Source: an uncultured Candidatus Micrarchaeota archaeon (GTDB lineage: Archaea; Micrarchaeota; Micrarchaeia; Anstonellales; Bilamarchaeaceae). From it: a DNA stretch of 64,000 bases. Shown one piece after another: positions 19,047 to 29,300 of the stretch (positions are counted from its first letter, which is position 1; every line of letters starts with the position of its first letter). The translations under genes and the position numbers were made by a program. Location: NCBI GenBank assembly GCA_963714085.1, contig OY970229.1:992001-1056000 (forward strand). Reading direction: 5' to 3'. The notes under the pieces are model-generated. The model was not told the DNA's origin, ran no database searches, and worked only from the letters and a program-made list of their open reading frames with translations.

Positions 19047-20183
19047 ATGCACGACGACCAGGACAAGAGAGGCACGCTGCCGCAGCTATTGGCAGCCTAC
19101 ATGCTCTGGATCGCGGCGGGCGTGCTCGGTGGAAGCTTCATGTACCTCTTCTACCTGGAATCAGGCGCCAGCCTCGCCGAGCTCGTGCTGTCCTTCTTCT
19201 TCTGGGCCGCGGCGCCCGTATTCGTCATCCACCTGCTGAGCGGCCGCAAGGGGCTGGACATGCGGACGGTGCTCGTCTCAGGAGTCGTTCTGGTGGTGGC
19301 ATCCTACCTGCTGATGGCTCTTGCCGCACCGACCGCATTGATACTATACGCGGCACAGTTCCTCCAGGGCATGTGCAGCTTCCTGTTCTGGGTGCCGTTC
19401 AACGTGATGTATTTCGAGTTCAGCAAGGACAGGGCCGCGACGCACGGTTCGGTGTACTTCGCCATAAGCCCGCTGTTCGGCGTCTTCCTTCCCCTCATCG
19501 GAGCGGTTCTCGCATCGGCCTACGGATTCGGCCTGGTCTTCCTCCTCTCGGCGCTCGTCTACGCGCTCATAATCCCCTTCGCATTGCTGACGCTCGGGAA
19601 GAGGCGTCTTTCCTTCCGGATCAAGGACTGCCTCGCCGGGCTCAAGGGCTTCAAGACGCTGATGTTCCTGGAGGGCATATACGGGGGCGGGATAACCGCC
19701 GCGATAGCGGTGATACCGCTGCTCTATTTCACGAATCCAAAGGACCTGGGCGTGTACCTCGCGGTGACCACGCTGTTCTCCGTGCTCGCGTCCTTCGTGG
19801 TGAGCAGGCTCTCGGACAAGTCGGGCAAGAGGAAGAGATACATCTCCCTGTTCGGGAGCGGGCTGGGCGTAAGCACCGCGATCGCATCCTTCGCAGGCAC
19901 AGCATTCCTCTGGTCCGCGGCCTCCTCGCTCCGCAACTTCTTCTCCACGCTCTTCTATCCCTTCACGACCGCCATCATCATGGACAACAAGCAGGAATCC
20001 CTGGAGGGCGTGTTCATAGGCAGGGAGTGGCTGCTCAACACCGGCCGCTGCCTGGGGATCGGGCTCGTGTTCCTGTGCACGGCGCTGGTCGAGATCCACC
20101 TCTCGCTCGCGTTCCTCGGGCTCCTCATGGCGGCCTATCCGCTGGTGATAGGGCTCAAAAGGCGCCACATCCGGGTCGACTGA
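19047..20183 (+). CDS. MFS transporter
   Basis: About 12 hydrophobic segments, SRLSDKSGKRK loop motif. Confidence 0.88.
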   Translation: MHDDQDKRGTLPQLLAAYMLWIAAGVLGGSFMYLFYLESGASLAELVLSFFFWAAAPVFVIHLLSGRKGLDMRTVLVSGVVLVVASYLLMALAAPTALILYAAQFLQGMCSFLFWVPFNVMYFEFSKDRAATHGSVYFAISPLFGVFLPLIGAVLASAYGFGLVFLLSALVYALIIPFALLTLGKRRLSFRIKDCLAGLKGFKTLMFLEGIYGGGITAAIAVIPLLYFTNPKDLGVYLAVTTLFSVLASFVVSRLSDKSGKRKRYISLFGSGLGVSTAIASFAGTAFLWSAASSLRNFFSTLFYPFTTAIIMDNKQESLEGVFIGREWLLNTGRCLGIGLVFLCTALVEIHLSLAFLGLLMAAYPLVIGLKRRHIRVD

Positions 20184-20272
20184 TACCTTTAAATATCATT
20201 ATCAGCATTACTTTTCGTTGCTTGTTTACGGCTAATTACGGTGCAACGTAATCTGGCTTATGAGGTGAACCA

Positions 20273-20695
20273 ATGGTTACAGCGTTAGATGTCGACACGA
20301 ACAGGCTCATGGAGAACGTGGCCAACAAGCTGAAGGCCATGAAAATCGAGAAGCCCGCATTCGTGGGGTTAGTGAAGACCGGCAGCCAGAAGGACCGGCC
20401 TCCGGAGCAGGAGGATTTCTGGTTCGTCAGGTGCGCTTCCATAATGCGCCATATCTATGTGCGCGGCTCGGTGGGCACCAACAAGCTCAGACGCCACTAC
20501 GGGGGCAGGAAGGCCCGCGGAGTGAGGCCGGAGCATCACCGCCAGTCCGGCGGCAACACCATACGCAAGGCGATGCAGCAGCTCGAGAAGGCTGGACTGC
20601 TCGTCAAGCCGAAGACCGGCGGCAGGAAGCTGACGGCCAAGGGCCAGGCGCTCCTGGACAAGGCAGCCAAGGAAGTCGCCCGCACCCAGGAATGA
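20273..20695 (+). CDS. rps19e: 30S ribosomal protein S19e
   Basis: VKTG..K.RPP, W.VRCASIMR, YGG.K.RG; GAGGTGA SD. Confidence 0.96.
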   Translation: MVTALDVDTNRLMENVANKLKAMKIEKPAFVGLVKTGSQKDRPPEQEDFWFVRCASIMRHIYVRGSVGTNKLRRHYGGRKARGVRPEHHRQSGGNTIRKAMQQLEKAGLLVKPKTGGRKLTAKGQALLDKAAKEVARTQE

Positions 20696-20702
20696 CCTGG
20701 GG

Positions 20703-21017
20703 ATGAAGATGGACGAGGACGAGCCCGAGGAGGCCAAGAAGCGGAGGCTGGCCGAGAGGCGCAAGGCCTCCGAGTCGAGCGCCGCCGAGGAGCAGCTCAA
20801 GGAGGCGCTCCGCAGCGCGCTGGACCCCGGGGCGTACGACCGGATGTCCAACGTCGCCATGGCCAACAAGGAGCTCTATGTGATGGCCGCGCAGCAGGTG
20901 CTCATGGCGCGCAAGCGCATCGGGCGCCCGATAACCGAGGACGAGCTCCTCACGGTGCTGCGGGCGCTCAAGGCGCGGACGGAGAAGGAGACGTCGATAA
21001 CGTTCCATAAGAAATGA
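20703..21017 (+). CDS. PDCD5/TFAR19-family DNA-binding protein
   Basis: L...A.DR.SNV...N, ITEDEL..VL; conserved position after rps19e. Confidence 0.85.
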   Translation: MKMDEDEPEEAKKRRLAERRKASESSAAEEQLKEALRSALDPGAYDRMSNVAMANKELYVMAAQQVLMARKRIGRPITEDELLTVLRALKARTEKETSITFHKK

Positions 21018-21035
21018 GGAAACCAAGGTGATCCT

Positions 21036-21200
21036 ATGGGAAACAAATCGCTTGCTAAGAAGATAAGGCTCGCGAAGGCATGGAGGAAGAGCAGGAGGCT
21101 CCCGGCGTTCGTGATGGTACGGACCAAGAGGAAGGTCACCCAGAACCGCAACAGGCGCTCCTGGCGCACGGACAAGCTCAGGATAAAGGAAGAGGAATGA
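21036..21200 (+). CDS. rpl39e: 50S ribosomal protein L39e (not in the ORF track)
   Basis: Manual translation MGNKSLAKKIRLAKAWRKSRRLPAFVMVRTKRKVTQNRNRRSWRTDKLRIKEEE*; GGTGAT SD. Confidence 0.93.
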   Translation: MGNKSLAKKIRLAKAWRKSRRLPAFVMVRTKRKVTQNRNRRSWRTDKLRIKEEE

Positions 21201-21204
21201 TCAC

Positions 21205-21642
21205 ATGGCAGAGGAAAAGCTCGAGAGGATATACACGGTGCCGCTGGCAGCGGCTTTCGAATACAAGCGCACGAACAGGGTGCCGCGCGCAGTCAAGGTG
21301 CTGAGGCAGTTCATATCAAGGCACATGAAGACGGAGCTCGATAGCGTGCTTCTGAGCAACTCGCTCAACAGCAAGCTCTGGGCGCGCAGCATACAGAAGC
21401 CGCCGCGCAGAATCAAGGTGCGTGCCATAAGGAAGGAGGGCATCACCCACGTCTACCTGCCTGACGAGGCCACCGAGGATGAGAAGAAGGCTAAGAAGGA
21501 GGCCGAGGAGAAGGCCAGGAAAGAGGCCGAGGCGAAGACCGCGAAGCCGGCAGCCGCGGTCACTGCCCCGAAGGCCGTTCCGGCCGCGGCGCCGAAGCCG
21601 CCGGCCGCCCCGGCTCCGCCAGCAGAAGCGAAAACGAAGTGA
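21205..21642 (+). CDS. rpl31e: 50S ribosomal protein L31e with Lys/Ala/Pro-rich C-terminal tail
   Basis: ERIYTVPL, RAVK.LR.F..RHMK, LWARSIQKPPRRIKV. Confidence 0.95.
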   Translation: MAEEKLERIYTVPLAAAFEYKRTNRVPRAVKVLRQFISRHMKTELDSVLLSNSLNSKLWARSIQKPPRRIKVRAIRKEGITHVYLPDEATEDEKKAKKEAEEKARKEAEAKTAKPAAAVTAPKAVPAAAPKPPAAPAPPAEAKTK

Positions 21643-21649
21643 GCTCGAG

Positions 21650-22312
21650 ATGCGCGAGAGGTGCACGTATTACGGGAATCCGTGGATCGGCATGTTCGTC
21701 AAGGCCAGCGACAGCGTGGTGCTCACCCCGCTCGACTGCCCGGACAAGCTCCTAGCGAGCCTCCGCGAGAGCCTGAAGGCCGAGGTGCGCAGGGTGTCGG
21801 TGGGGGACTCGAACCTCGTGGGCGTCTATCTCGCGATGAACAACAACGGCGTCATAATGCCCAACATCTCATCGCCCGAGGAGGTCGCGGTGTTCAGGTC
21901 CGCGGGCCTGAACGTATACCATTCCCCGGAGAGGCAGAACGCCCACGGCAACAATCTCGCGATCAACGACAAGGGCGGCGTGATAAACCCGCACATACAC
22001 GCGGCGGAGCGCGGGAAGATGGAGGACGCATTGGGGATCGAGCTCTTGCCCATGCGCATAGGCGACTATGCCACCGTCGGCTCGTCCTGCCTCGCGGGCA
22101 ACAAGGGGTTCCTGGCGCACTACGCCGCCAGCGACGACGACATGAAGGCGCTGGAGTCCGCGTTCAAGGTCAAGGGGGAGCGCGGGACCGTCAACATGGG
22201 CACGGGCTTCGTGTCCTTCGGAGTGGTCGCGAACCGCCACGGCTACAGCGCCGGCGAGGCGACGAGCGCGCACGAGCTCGGGCGCGTGGAATCGGCATTG
22301 GGTTATATTTGA
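21650..22312 (+). CDS. eif6: translation initiation factor 6 (aIF6)
   Basis: GNPWIG, GNNLAINDKG, TVGS, GTVNMG, ELGRVESALG; start reset to ATG 21650. Confidence 0.94.
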   Translation: MRERCTYYGNPWIGMFVKASDSVVLTPLDCPDKLLASLRESLKAEVRRVSVGDSNLVGVYLAMNNNGVIMPNISSPEEVAVFRSAGLNVYHSPERQNAHGNNLAINDKGGVINPHIHAAERGKMEDALGIELLPMRIGDYATVGSSCLAGNKGFLAHYAASDDDMKALESAFKVKGERGTVNMGTGFVSFGVVANRHGYSAGEATSAHELGRVESALGYI

Positions 22313-22325
22313 TCGGGGTGATTTG

Positions 22326-22505
22326 ATGAAATGGAACGTTTGCGGAAAGATAAAGCTCGGCAGGGGCGAGAGGAAGTTCTCCAAGGTCGTGGATGCGGAG
22401 ACTGAGAACGCGGCGCGGGAGAAGGCTTATGCGCTTTTCGGTTCCAATAACGGCGTGAAGCGCTCCCGCATGGAGATAGAGCGCGTCGAGAAATCAGGTG
22501 GATGA
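22326..22505 (+). CDS. rpl18a: 50S ribosomal protein L18Ae/LX (eL20)
   Basis: KFSK.V.A..E..A.EK.YA.FGS..GVKR..I.IE; operon position. Confidence 0.9.
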   Translation: MKWNVCGKIKLGRGERKFSKVVDAETENAAREKAYALFGSNNGVKRSRMEIERVEKSGG

Positions 22506-24365
22506 ATGGTTTCGCTCGAGGAGAACAGGGTAAGGATGAACTACGAGGTCGCGGTCTACCGCGAGCAGCTCACCATGCTCCGCAGGGAGATGGAGAGGGT
22601 CTCGCTGACCACCCTGGACCTCACCAGCGCGGTGCAGGCCGTAAACGGGCTCAAGAACTCGCAGATACTCGCTCCGATAGGGGGCGGGGTGTACGTGAGG
22701 TCCGACATAAAGGACACCCGCGTGATCGTGCCTATCGGCGCCGAGTTCGCCGTCGACATGGAGAAGGGCGAGGCCGCGGCCGAGCTCCAGCGCAGGGTGG
22801 ACGCCACGCGCCAGGCTGTGATGAAGCTCAACGAGGAGTTCGAGAAGATAAACAAGAAGCTCCGCGAGGTCTCACTCAGCCTCCAGGAGGTAGAGCAGCA
22901 GCTTCGGATAAGCAAGCAGGTGGATGCCGGAGTGAAAGAGGATTACATCCGATTTCCCATGTTCGATTTCCTCAAGAAGAAGATAAGCGGCTTCATCGAC
23001 GGCTTCACTGGCAAGGAGGAGGCGAAGGCCGGGCCGGAGCCAGTTGAAAGAGAGCCCGAAGTCGTAGAAAAGCCAGAGCCGGCGGTTGAAAGGGAAAAAC
23101 CGGAAACAAAGCCGGAACCGATTTTTGAAAAGCCCGCGGTCGAAAAACCGCAGGTGAGAGCCGAAGCGAAGCCGGAACCGGTTGTCGCGAAGCCTCAGGC
23201 GAAGCCCGCGATTCAAACCAAACCCGTAGAGCCGAAGCCCCTGCCCGCGATTGAAACGAAGCCAATACTCGAAAAGAAAAAACCGGAACCAAAGGCGAAG
23301 CCCGAGCCCGTAATCAGGAAAGAAAAGCCTGAAACCATAGAGACCAAGCCCGCGGCCGAAAAGCGGAAGCCTGAACCGAAAGCTGTTCCTGAGAAACCGA
23401 AAACCGAAACGAAGCCCGAGCCCGCGGTCTCGCTGCCGCAGTTCCGCGAGGAGAAGGAGCGGGCGAAGAAATCCGCGGTCTCGTTCAGCCCGCTCAAGGC
23501 CATAAGGACGCTGGTGAGCCGGGAGGTCGAGATCTCCGAGGACGATGTGAAATCCCTGCTGGAGAACTTCGAGCTCGAGCTCCTAGAGAGCGACGTGGAG
23601 CTGAGCGTGGCTGAATCCATAAGGCAGGAGTTGGCGCAGAAGCTTGTCGGCGCGAAGGTGGAGAAGGCCAATCTCAGCCAATTCGTGAAGCAGGCAATAG
23701 CCACCACCCTGGTGGACACCATGTCCGTGGGGGAGCCGCTGGACATGCTCGGATACGTCAGGGATAGGGAGAAGCCGGTTAAGATAGTCTTCCTGGGCAT
23801 CAACGGGGCCGGGAAAACCACCACAATAGCAAAAATGGCCAACATGCTCATGCAGGATGGGCGCACGGTGGTGTTCGCGGCCGCGGACACGTTCCGCGCC
23901 GCGGCCATAGAGCAGATGGAGGTCCACGCGGCGAAGCTCGACGTCCGACTCATAAAGAGGGAATACGGCTCTGACCCGACATCGGTTGCCTACGACGCGG
24001 TGAATTACGCGAAGGCGCACGGCATAGACGCGGTGCTGATCGACACCGCCGGCAGGCAGGACACCAACGTGAACCTCATCAACGAGCTCAAGAAGATGGA
24101 CCGCGTCATCAAGCCCGACCTGAAGATATACATCGGGGAGTCCATAGCCGGCTCCTCCATAATCGGCCAGGTGTCCTCGTTCAACCGGGAGATAGGCGTG
24201 GACGGGGTGATACTCACAAAGCTGGACTGCGACCCAAAGGGCGGCACAGTGCTCTCGGTGTCGAAGGCGACCGGCATACCCATAATCTACATCGGGACCG
24301 GCCAGAAGTACGAGGATATCGAGCGCTTCGACGCGAAGAAGATGGCAGAAAGGATAATCTCCTAG
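22506..24365 (+). CDS. pfdA-ftsY: in-frame fusion of prefoldin alpha (22506-22949) and SRP receptor FtsY (from ATG 22959)
   Basis: PIGGGVYV and VPIGAE prefoldin hairpins; MFDFLKKKIS FtsY start, GINGAGKTTT, DTFRAAA, DTAGR, TKLD, KGG. Confidence 0.9.
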   Translation: MVSLEENRVRMNYEVAVYREQLTMLRREMERVSLTTLDLTSAVQAVNGLKNSQILAPIGGGVYVRSDIKDTRVIVPIGAEFAVDMEKGEAAAELQRRVDATRQAVMKLNEEFEKINKKLREVSLSLQEVEQQLRISKQVDAGVKEDYIRFPMFDFLKKKISGFIDGFTGKEEAKAGPEPVEREPEVVEKPEPAVEREKPETKPEPIFEKPAVEKPQVRAEAKPEPVVAKPQAKPAIQTKPVEPKPLPAIETKPILEKKKPEPKAKPEPVIRKEKPETIETKPAAEKRKPEPKAVPEKPKTETKPEPAVSLPQFREEKERAKKSAVSFSPLKAIRTLVSREVEISEDDVKSLLENFELELLESDVELSVAESIRQELAQKLVGAKVEKANLSQFVKQAIATTLVDTMSVGEPLDMLGYVRDREKPVKIVFLGINGAGKTTTIAKMANMLMQDGRTVVFAAADTFRAAAIEQMEVHAAKLDVRLIKREYGSDPTSVAYDAVNYAKAHGIDAVLIDTAGRQDTNVNLINELKKMDRVIKPDLKIYIGESIAGSSIIGQVSSFNREIGVDGVILTKLDCDPKGGTVLSVSKATGIPIIYIGTGQKYEDIERFDAKKMAERIIS

Positions 24366-24476
24366 TTACAAATACTCTTCTTTCCACATACTGATACATT
24401 TAAAAGCGTTCCCCGTAAAACGTTTTCGTTGTAAATTTTCCTCTTATTTATAATCTTTTCCCATCCATATTATACC

Positions 24477-26303
24477 ATGGGTGATACCACTTTCGCCCCG
24501 CAAAAGAAACAGGGGGAGACAGCAGCACGGAACGCGGCACTCGAGGCCGTGCCCCAGAAGAAGGAAGTGGAGAAGCTGCGCGGTCAGCTCAATGCCCTGG
24601 ACCGCCAGTACGACTTCCTGAAACAGAGGTTCGACAGCACCTGGGCCACCAACGACCGGACAGTGAAGCTAGAATCGATGTTCCTCGGAAGGAAGCCTAA
24701 CGACGACGAATTCCTGGCCATGCTCATGAACGCTGGCATGGGCGGGGAGAAGCCCATAACCAGCCAGGTCGAGAAGCTGCACCAGCAGTGCTCGGAGCTG
24801 TTCAAGAAGCTCCTGGACGCGGGGCTCGACAATTTCGCAGGCACCGACGTTTATAACCGTGTCTTCATCGGCAACGACCCGCGCTGGCAAATCGTCGTCG
24901 AATCGGCGACCGACATGCACGTCTCCTGGGGAAAACAGCAGAAGCAGCTCATGAAAGACCTCGAGCCCAAGCCCTACCCAACCATCGGGGCGCGGGAATG
25001 GGAGCCACCTACCGTGGAATTCCCTAGAACCGGGGTCGACCTGCTTCACGGGGAGAGAGTGTTCGTGGGTGAGGGCGGCAGGGTGGTCCCGGAGTCCGTG
25101 CTCACGCTGGAGCGCGAAATCAGGCGCAGGGGCCGTGTGACGCCCAAGGGCGTGAGGGTGGAACTCTCCTTCCAGGAGTTCTACGACATGTTCGTGCCCG
25201 TGCTCCCTTCCCTGGACGCCGCGATAACCAATGTCCAGGTGATGTGGGACAAGGGCGTGAGCGCGAAAGGCGTGGTTAAAGTCGTATTCAATCTCGTCAT
25301 GGCAGGGGTCGACGTGGTGCTCGTGGGCCAGCTCGCGACGAAGAGCGCCGCGCGCCTCAGCGGCAGGGAACTGATGGACTCATTGGAGAAGACCGAAGGC
25401 AGGTCCTTCATGTCCAGGCAGGAGTGGGACGTGCTCGAAACCGCGATCCGCGAGCTCAAGCCCGGCGAAGTGAACGACCTGTTCAGACTGGCGAGGCCCG
25501 CGATAGGCACAGGCTTCGATTGGACGGTGTTCGAGGAGCTGGCGCTCAGGGCAGGAGACGAGGAGGTAAGCGGAGACCTGATCCGTGCCTATCTGCGCGA
25601 GCAGACCGGTGCGACGAGACTCAGCCGCGCGGCCTGGAGGCTCAAAGCCGGCACACTTGATTTCTGCGAGAACGGGCTGAGCCTGCTCGGAAGGGAGAAG
25701 TTCAGGAAAAGAGTCGCCGCGGAGATATTCAACGAGCTCAGGATGAGCATCGACCACAAGGCGTCGAAGAGGCTCGCGGAACTTCTTGTGGAGTCGGGCA
25801 TGCCCGAGGCCTCCCGGCATCTGGCGTCCGATGCGATGTTCAGTACGCTCACCTCATTCAGCAAGGCGCCGCAGCGTGCCCTGCTCAAGCTCGTGGAGAA
25901 AGAGGGCTGGCCCAACGTCGTGGCCAGGCTGAAGAAGGACGGCCTTGAGAAGATGCTGCCCGAATACGCGGCAGCGTTCCGCTACGCGCCCATGCACAGG
26001 CTGGTGGAGTACGGTGTGTTCCGCGCGACGTTCCCCTATGCGGTGCAAGCGGTCTATGGCGTGATAAGCGACATGTCCGCGAGCAAGGTGAAGGAGCCGG
26101 AGATACTGACGTACGATGACATGCTCAGGAATTATTTCGAATCCATGCACAGATTCGGGAAACCGCTGACTCTTACGGAAGAGGAAAGACGCAGGAGATA
26201 CTCCGACCTTTCCGATAAATTAGGGAAACCGACCAAAGAGGACATACGCAAGAGATACTCTAAAGTAATGGATGAATTAGAAAAAAACGGTATGAAGAAG
26301 TGA
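24477..26303 (+). CDS. hypothetical protein (608 aa) with central hydrophobic hairpin; first gene of the giant-protein operon
   Basis: Long ORF, TTTATAA ~25 nt upstream; DMFVPVLP...VVFNLVMAGVDVVLVG segment. Confidence 0.8.
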   Translation: MGDTTFAPQKKQGETAARNAALEAVPQKKEVEKLRGQLNALDRQYDFLKQRFDSTWATNDRTVKLESMFLGRKPNDDEFLAMLMNAGMGGEKPITSQVEKLHQQCSELFKKLLDAGLDNFAGTDVYNRVFIGNDPRWQIVVESATDMHVSWGKQQKQLMKDLEPKPYPTIGAREWEPPTVEFPRTGVDLLHGERVFVGEGGRVVPESVLTLEREIRRRGRVTPKGVRVELSFQEFYDMFVPVLPSLDAAITNVQVMWDKGVSAKGVVKVVFNLVMAGVDVVLVGQLATKSAARLSGRELMDSLEKTEGRSFMSRQEWDVLETAIRELKPGEVNDLFRLARPAIGTGFDWTVFEELALRAGDEEVSGDLIRAYLREQTGATRLSRAAWRLKAGTLDFCENGLSLLGREKFRKRVAAEIFNELRMSIDHKASKRLAELLVESGMPEASRHLASDAMFSTLTSFSKAPQRALLKLVEKEGWPNVVARLKKDGLEKMLPEYAAAFRYAPMHRLVEYGVFRATFPYAVQAVYGVISDMSASKVKEPEILTYDDMLRNYFESMHRFGKPLTLTEEERRRRYSDLSDKLGKPTKEDIRKRYSKVMDELEKNGMKK

Positions 26304-26307
26304 TGTT

Positions 26308-29300
26308 ATGGCAGAAGCCCAAAAACCGCCTGAGGAGGAGCCCCCGAAAGTGAAAACACCTGCGCAACCACCGCCCGCGCAACCACCCGCGGAACAGAGA
26401 CAGCTTCCGGCGTTGACCAAGGCCAAGAGGTATGTGTTTGGCTATGACCCTGCCAAGGCAAGCGCGACCGCGGCGGGCAAAGCCAGGAAGGCACATGACA
26501 AGGCGGCAGCGAAGGCTGCGAAGAACCTAGCCGGCCCATCCGTGTACGCCGACCTGGAGGAGATGAAAACCCTCTGCGAGAAATACCGGAAGGGAATAGA
26601 TTCGTTGAGGCCTGCTGACGCGATAGAGCTGATGAAGAAGATCTACGTGCACTTGGAGACCGGCACTCTGGACGCGGACACTACGAGTTCGCTCTATGGA
26701 ATACTGGAGCGGCTCTACCTGCGGCCGAACGTGCTTGCAGCCGTTAATAGTTCTACGGACCCCATCGTCGCCAAGGGTTTCCGCCAGCATCCGGGTATGC
26801 GAGAGGCTCTCGAGAAACATATCGCCCGCTCAGCTGCAAAGAAAAAATTGACTCCGGCAAATTATCAGGACCTCGCACGGCTCAAGCCCGAGATGCGGAG
26901 GCTTGAAAATGACCAGATAATCCGGATGGCAAGGATAATAGGGAAAGACGAGGCAGACCCTGTCGCTGCCATCACTAGGTCATTCGGCGTCGGCGCCAAA
27001 GCAACCACACTGCCCGAGCAGGCGGCCCTCATGCTCGAGCTCAATTCCAAAGGGATAGTGACGGAGAGAGCGGTGGCTGAATTATACATCAATCATGCGG
27101 ATAACGCAATAGCTGCTTTGGGGAAGATGAGAACAAGTGACGCCGCGACCCAGCGCGTACTTCTGGAGATTCAAAATGATATCCTCTCCGGCAAGGTCGC
27201 CAGCGCGGACGATGCTATAGTCGGGATATTCAAGAATGAAAAGCTCAGGGAAGACCTCCAGAAGATTCTCGGTCCGGGATCCAAGTCGTTGCTCGATGAG
27301 CTCTCGAAGGCAACTAATCTGAAGGAGATGGCTGCATTGCTCAAAGGGGTGGAGAAGTTTCCTAAAGGTGTACCTAACCCGGAGCGTTTAGTAAACGCCC
27401 TAAACAGCTTTGCGGTTCCTCTCAATGCAGAACACTTCATAAATAACCTGAGTGTTATGGGTAATCGGGTCGAGCTTGTCGGCGCGCTCCAAGCAAGGCG
27501 CGTGCTGGACAGCAGCACAACGGAGATGTTCAATGCGGTACGTGCTCTCAGCCTGCAACGGGCCAAAGACATGAGGGGCCTGGGCCCGGCTGCGATTGAG
27601 ACAAGCACGAATGCCGTCGTGGGAGGGGCTAAGCTCGTCAAGTTCGGGCTCTCACCAGTCATCGCGCCAGGAACCAGAGCATTCGAGAATTTCGCGGAAG
27701 CCGAAGTCGCTAGTGTGAGGCCGAGAAAGATCATCAAGGGCACTCTATGGACTACCGCAGCCGTAGGCTCGTTTGCCTTGATGAGCTGGCTCGTATACCA
27801 TTTCGAGTGGGGCAAGGACAAGACCGAGCGCGAGGAGGCCAGGCTGAAGCTCCAGAAATTATGGAAAGTGAGTATCACCACCGCCACTGCCAACAGCATA
27901 AGGGACTCCCCCATCGCGGACGGGTTCTTCAGGAACTGGTTTGACATCCACTCGCTCGAAAAACTCGGGTCCCGTCTCGTGCCGAAGAACGATAAGGAGC
28001 TCAACGAGCTGCTGACAGAGGGAGGATCCTCGGCGTCAGCTAAGAAGCAAGTGCCCCTCTACGTACACCCGGCTTGGATAAACGAACTGGCCGCAGAGGT
28101 CGACGCACAGATAAAGGACATGAAGAAGCAGGGAAAAACCGACACTGAGATAAAGGCAGCGCTTACCGCCATGGTTACGACCAGCTGGAGGGACAAGGGT
28201 TATTTCCTGACCCCAGGGGAGGCTTTCATAGAGAGCTTCGCAAGGGACCTCTTTGGAAATGACCCTGAAAAGCGCCCCATGATAGATTACATGAAGGCCG
28301 CAGTGCTCGGCGAAAAGAAACCAGAGACCAGCGTCAAGAAACCAGAGACCAGCGTCAAGCACCCCGAGCTCTTCACGCTGCTTTGGTCCGGGATACGCGA
28401 CGGCTCGCTGCCGCGTACCTTCGCCGCGGACGTCGCATTGAACCTCTACGCTATAATCAGCGACGACACCCTGGATCCTAAGACCGGCAAGATCAAAGGC
28501 GAGCTGGCATTCGAGAGAATAAAGAAGCAATTGGAGGTGCGGAAGGCCGCGGTCTATCCGAACCTGCCTTCTGTGCGGGACACCCTGGCCAAGGCAGAAA
28601 TAACCGACCAGTACCTGCTCAAGAAGCCGATACCGCCCGGCTCGCTCATGGATATCTACGACCAGCACGTGGTCGCATCCCATGACGAGGGTATGGAGAT
28701 GGGCTTCAAGGCCGTGCTCGAAGCGTACCAGAGCGACGAGAATACAGCGGCGCGGCTGGATGCATTCAGGCTGAATCCCGACGAGGTGATATATGGGGAC
28801 GTGCCGGATATAGTGGCCCAAGTGGCTGGCGGCACGCTCACACTGGACGCCGCCAGGGACCAGCACGTAGTAGCTGACGGTATATTCGCCCGCTTTAACA
28901 CCATCAACACGGCTTCTCAATTTGACGAGAAGAACAAAGGGCTCATCGAATTCGTCTATGAGAATTCGTCTGTCTCAGCAAACGGAAAGACGCAAGGCGT
29001 GCTGGACTGGCTCAAGCGCAATGCCAAGAACATACGGAACGCCCCGAAGCTGATAGAGGATCTCGAGGCCAGCAGCGCGCTTTTCGCCGCAGCACCCATG
29101 GAAAACACCAACGACAAAGACAACCCGAGCAAATCCCAACTGTGCGACAGGCTTGCCAACCAGCTCATAGCAGGGTATATCAAGGAAGAGAAGGACCGGG
29201 GCATGCTGTCCAAAGGGTGGGGCGCGACCAAAACATGGTGGAGCGGGAAGCCGGAAGAGCTGCCTGAGCGCTGGTACGTGAGGACGAATGAGCCGTTCGT

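Noticed and set aside
23030..23430. Pro/Glu/Lys quasi-repeats in the pfdA-ftsY ORF
   Set aside because: Ordinary low-complexity N-terminal region of FtsY
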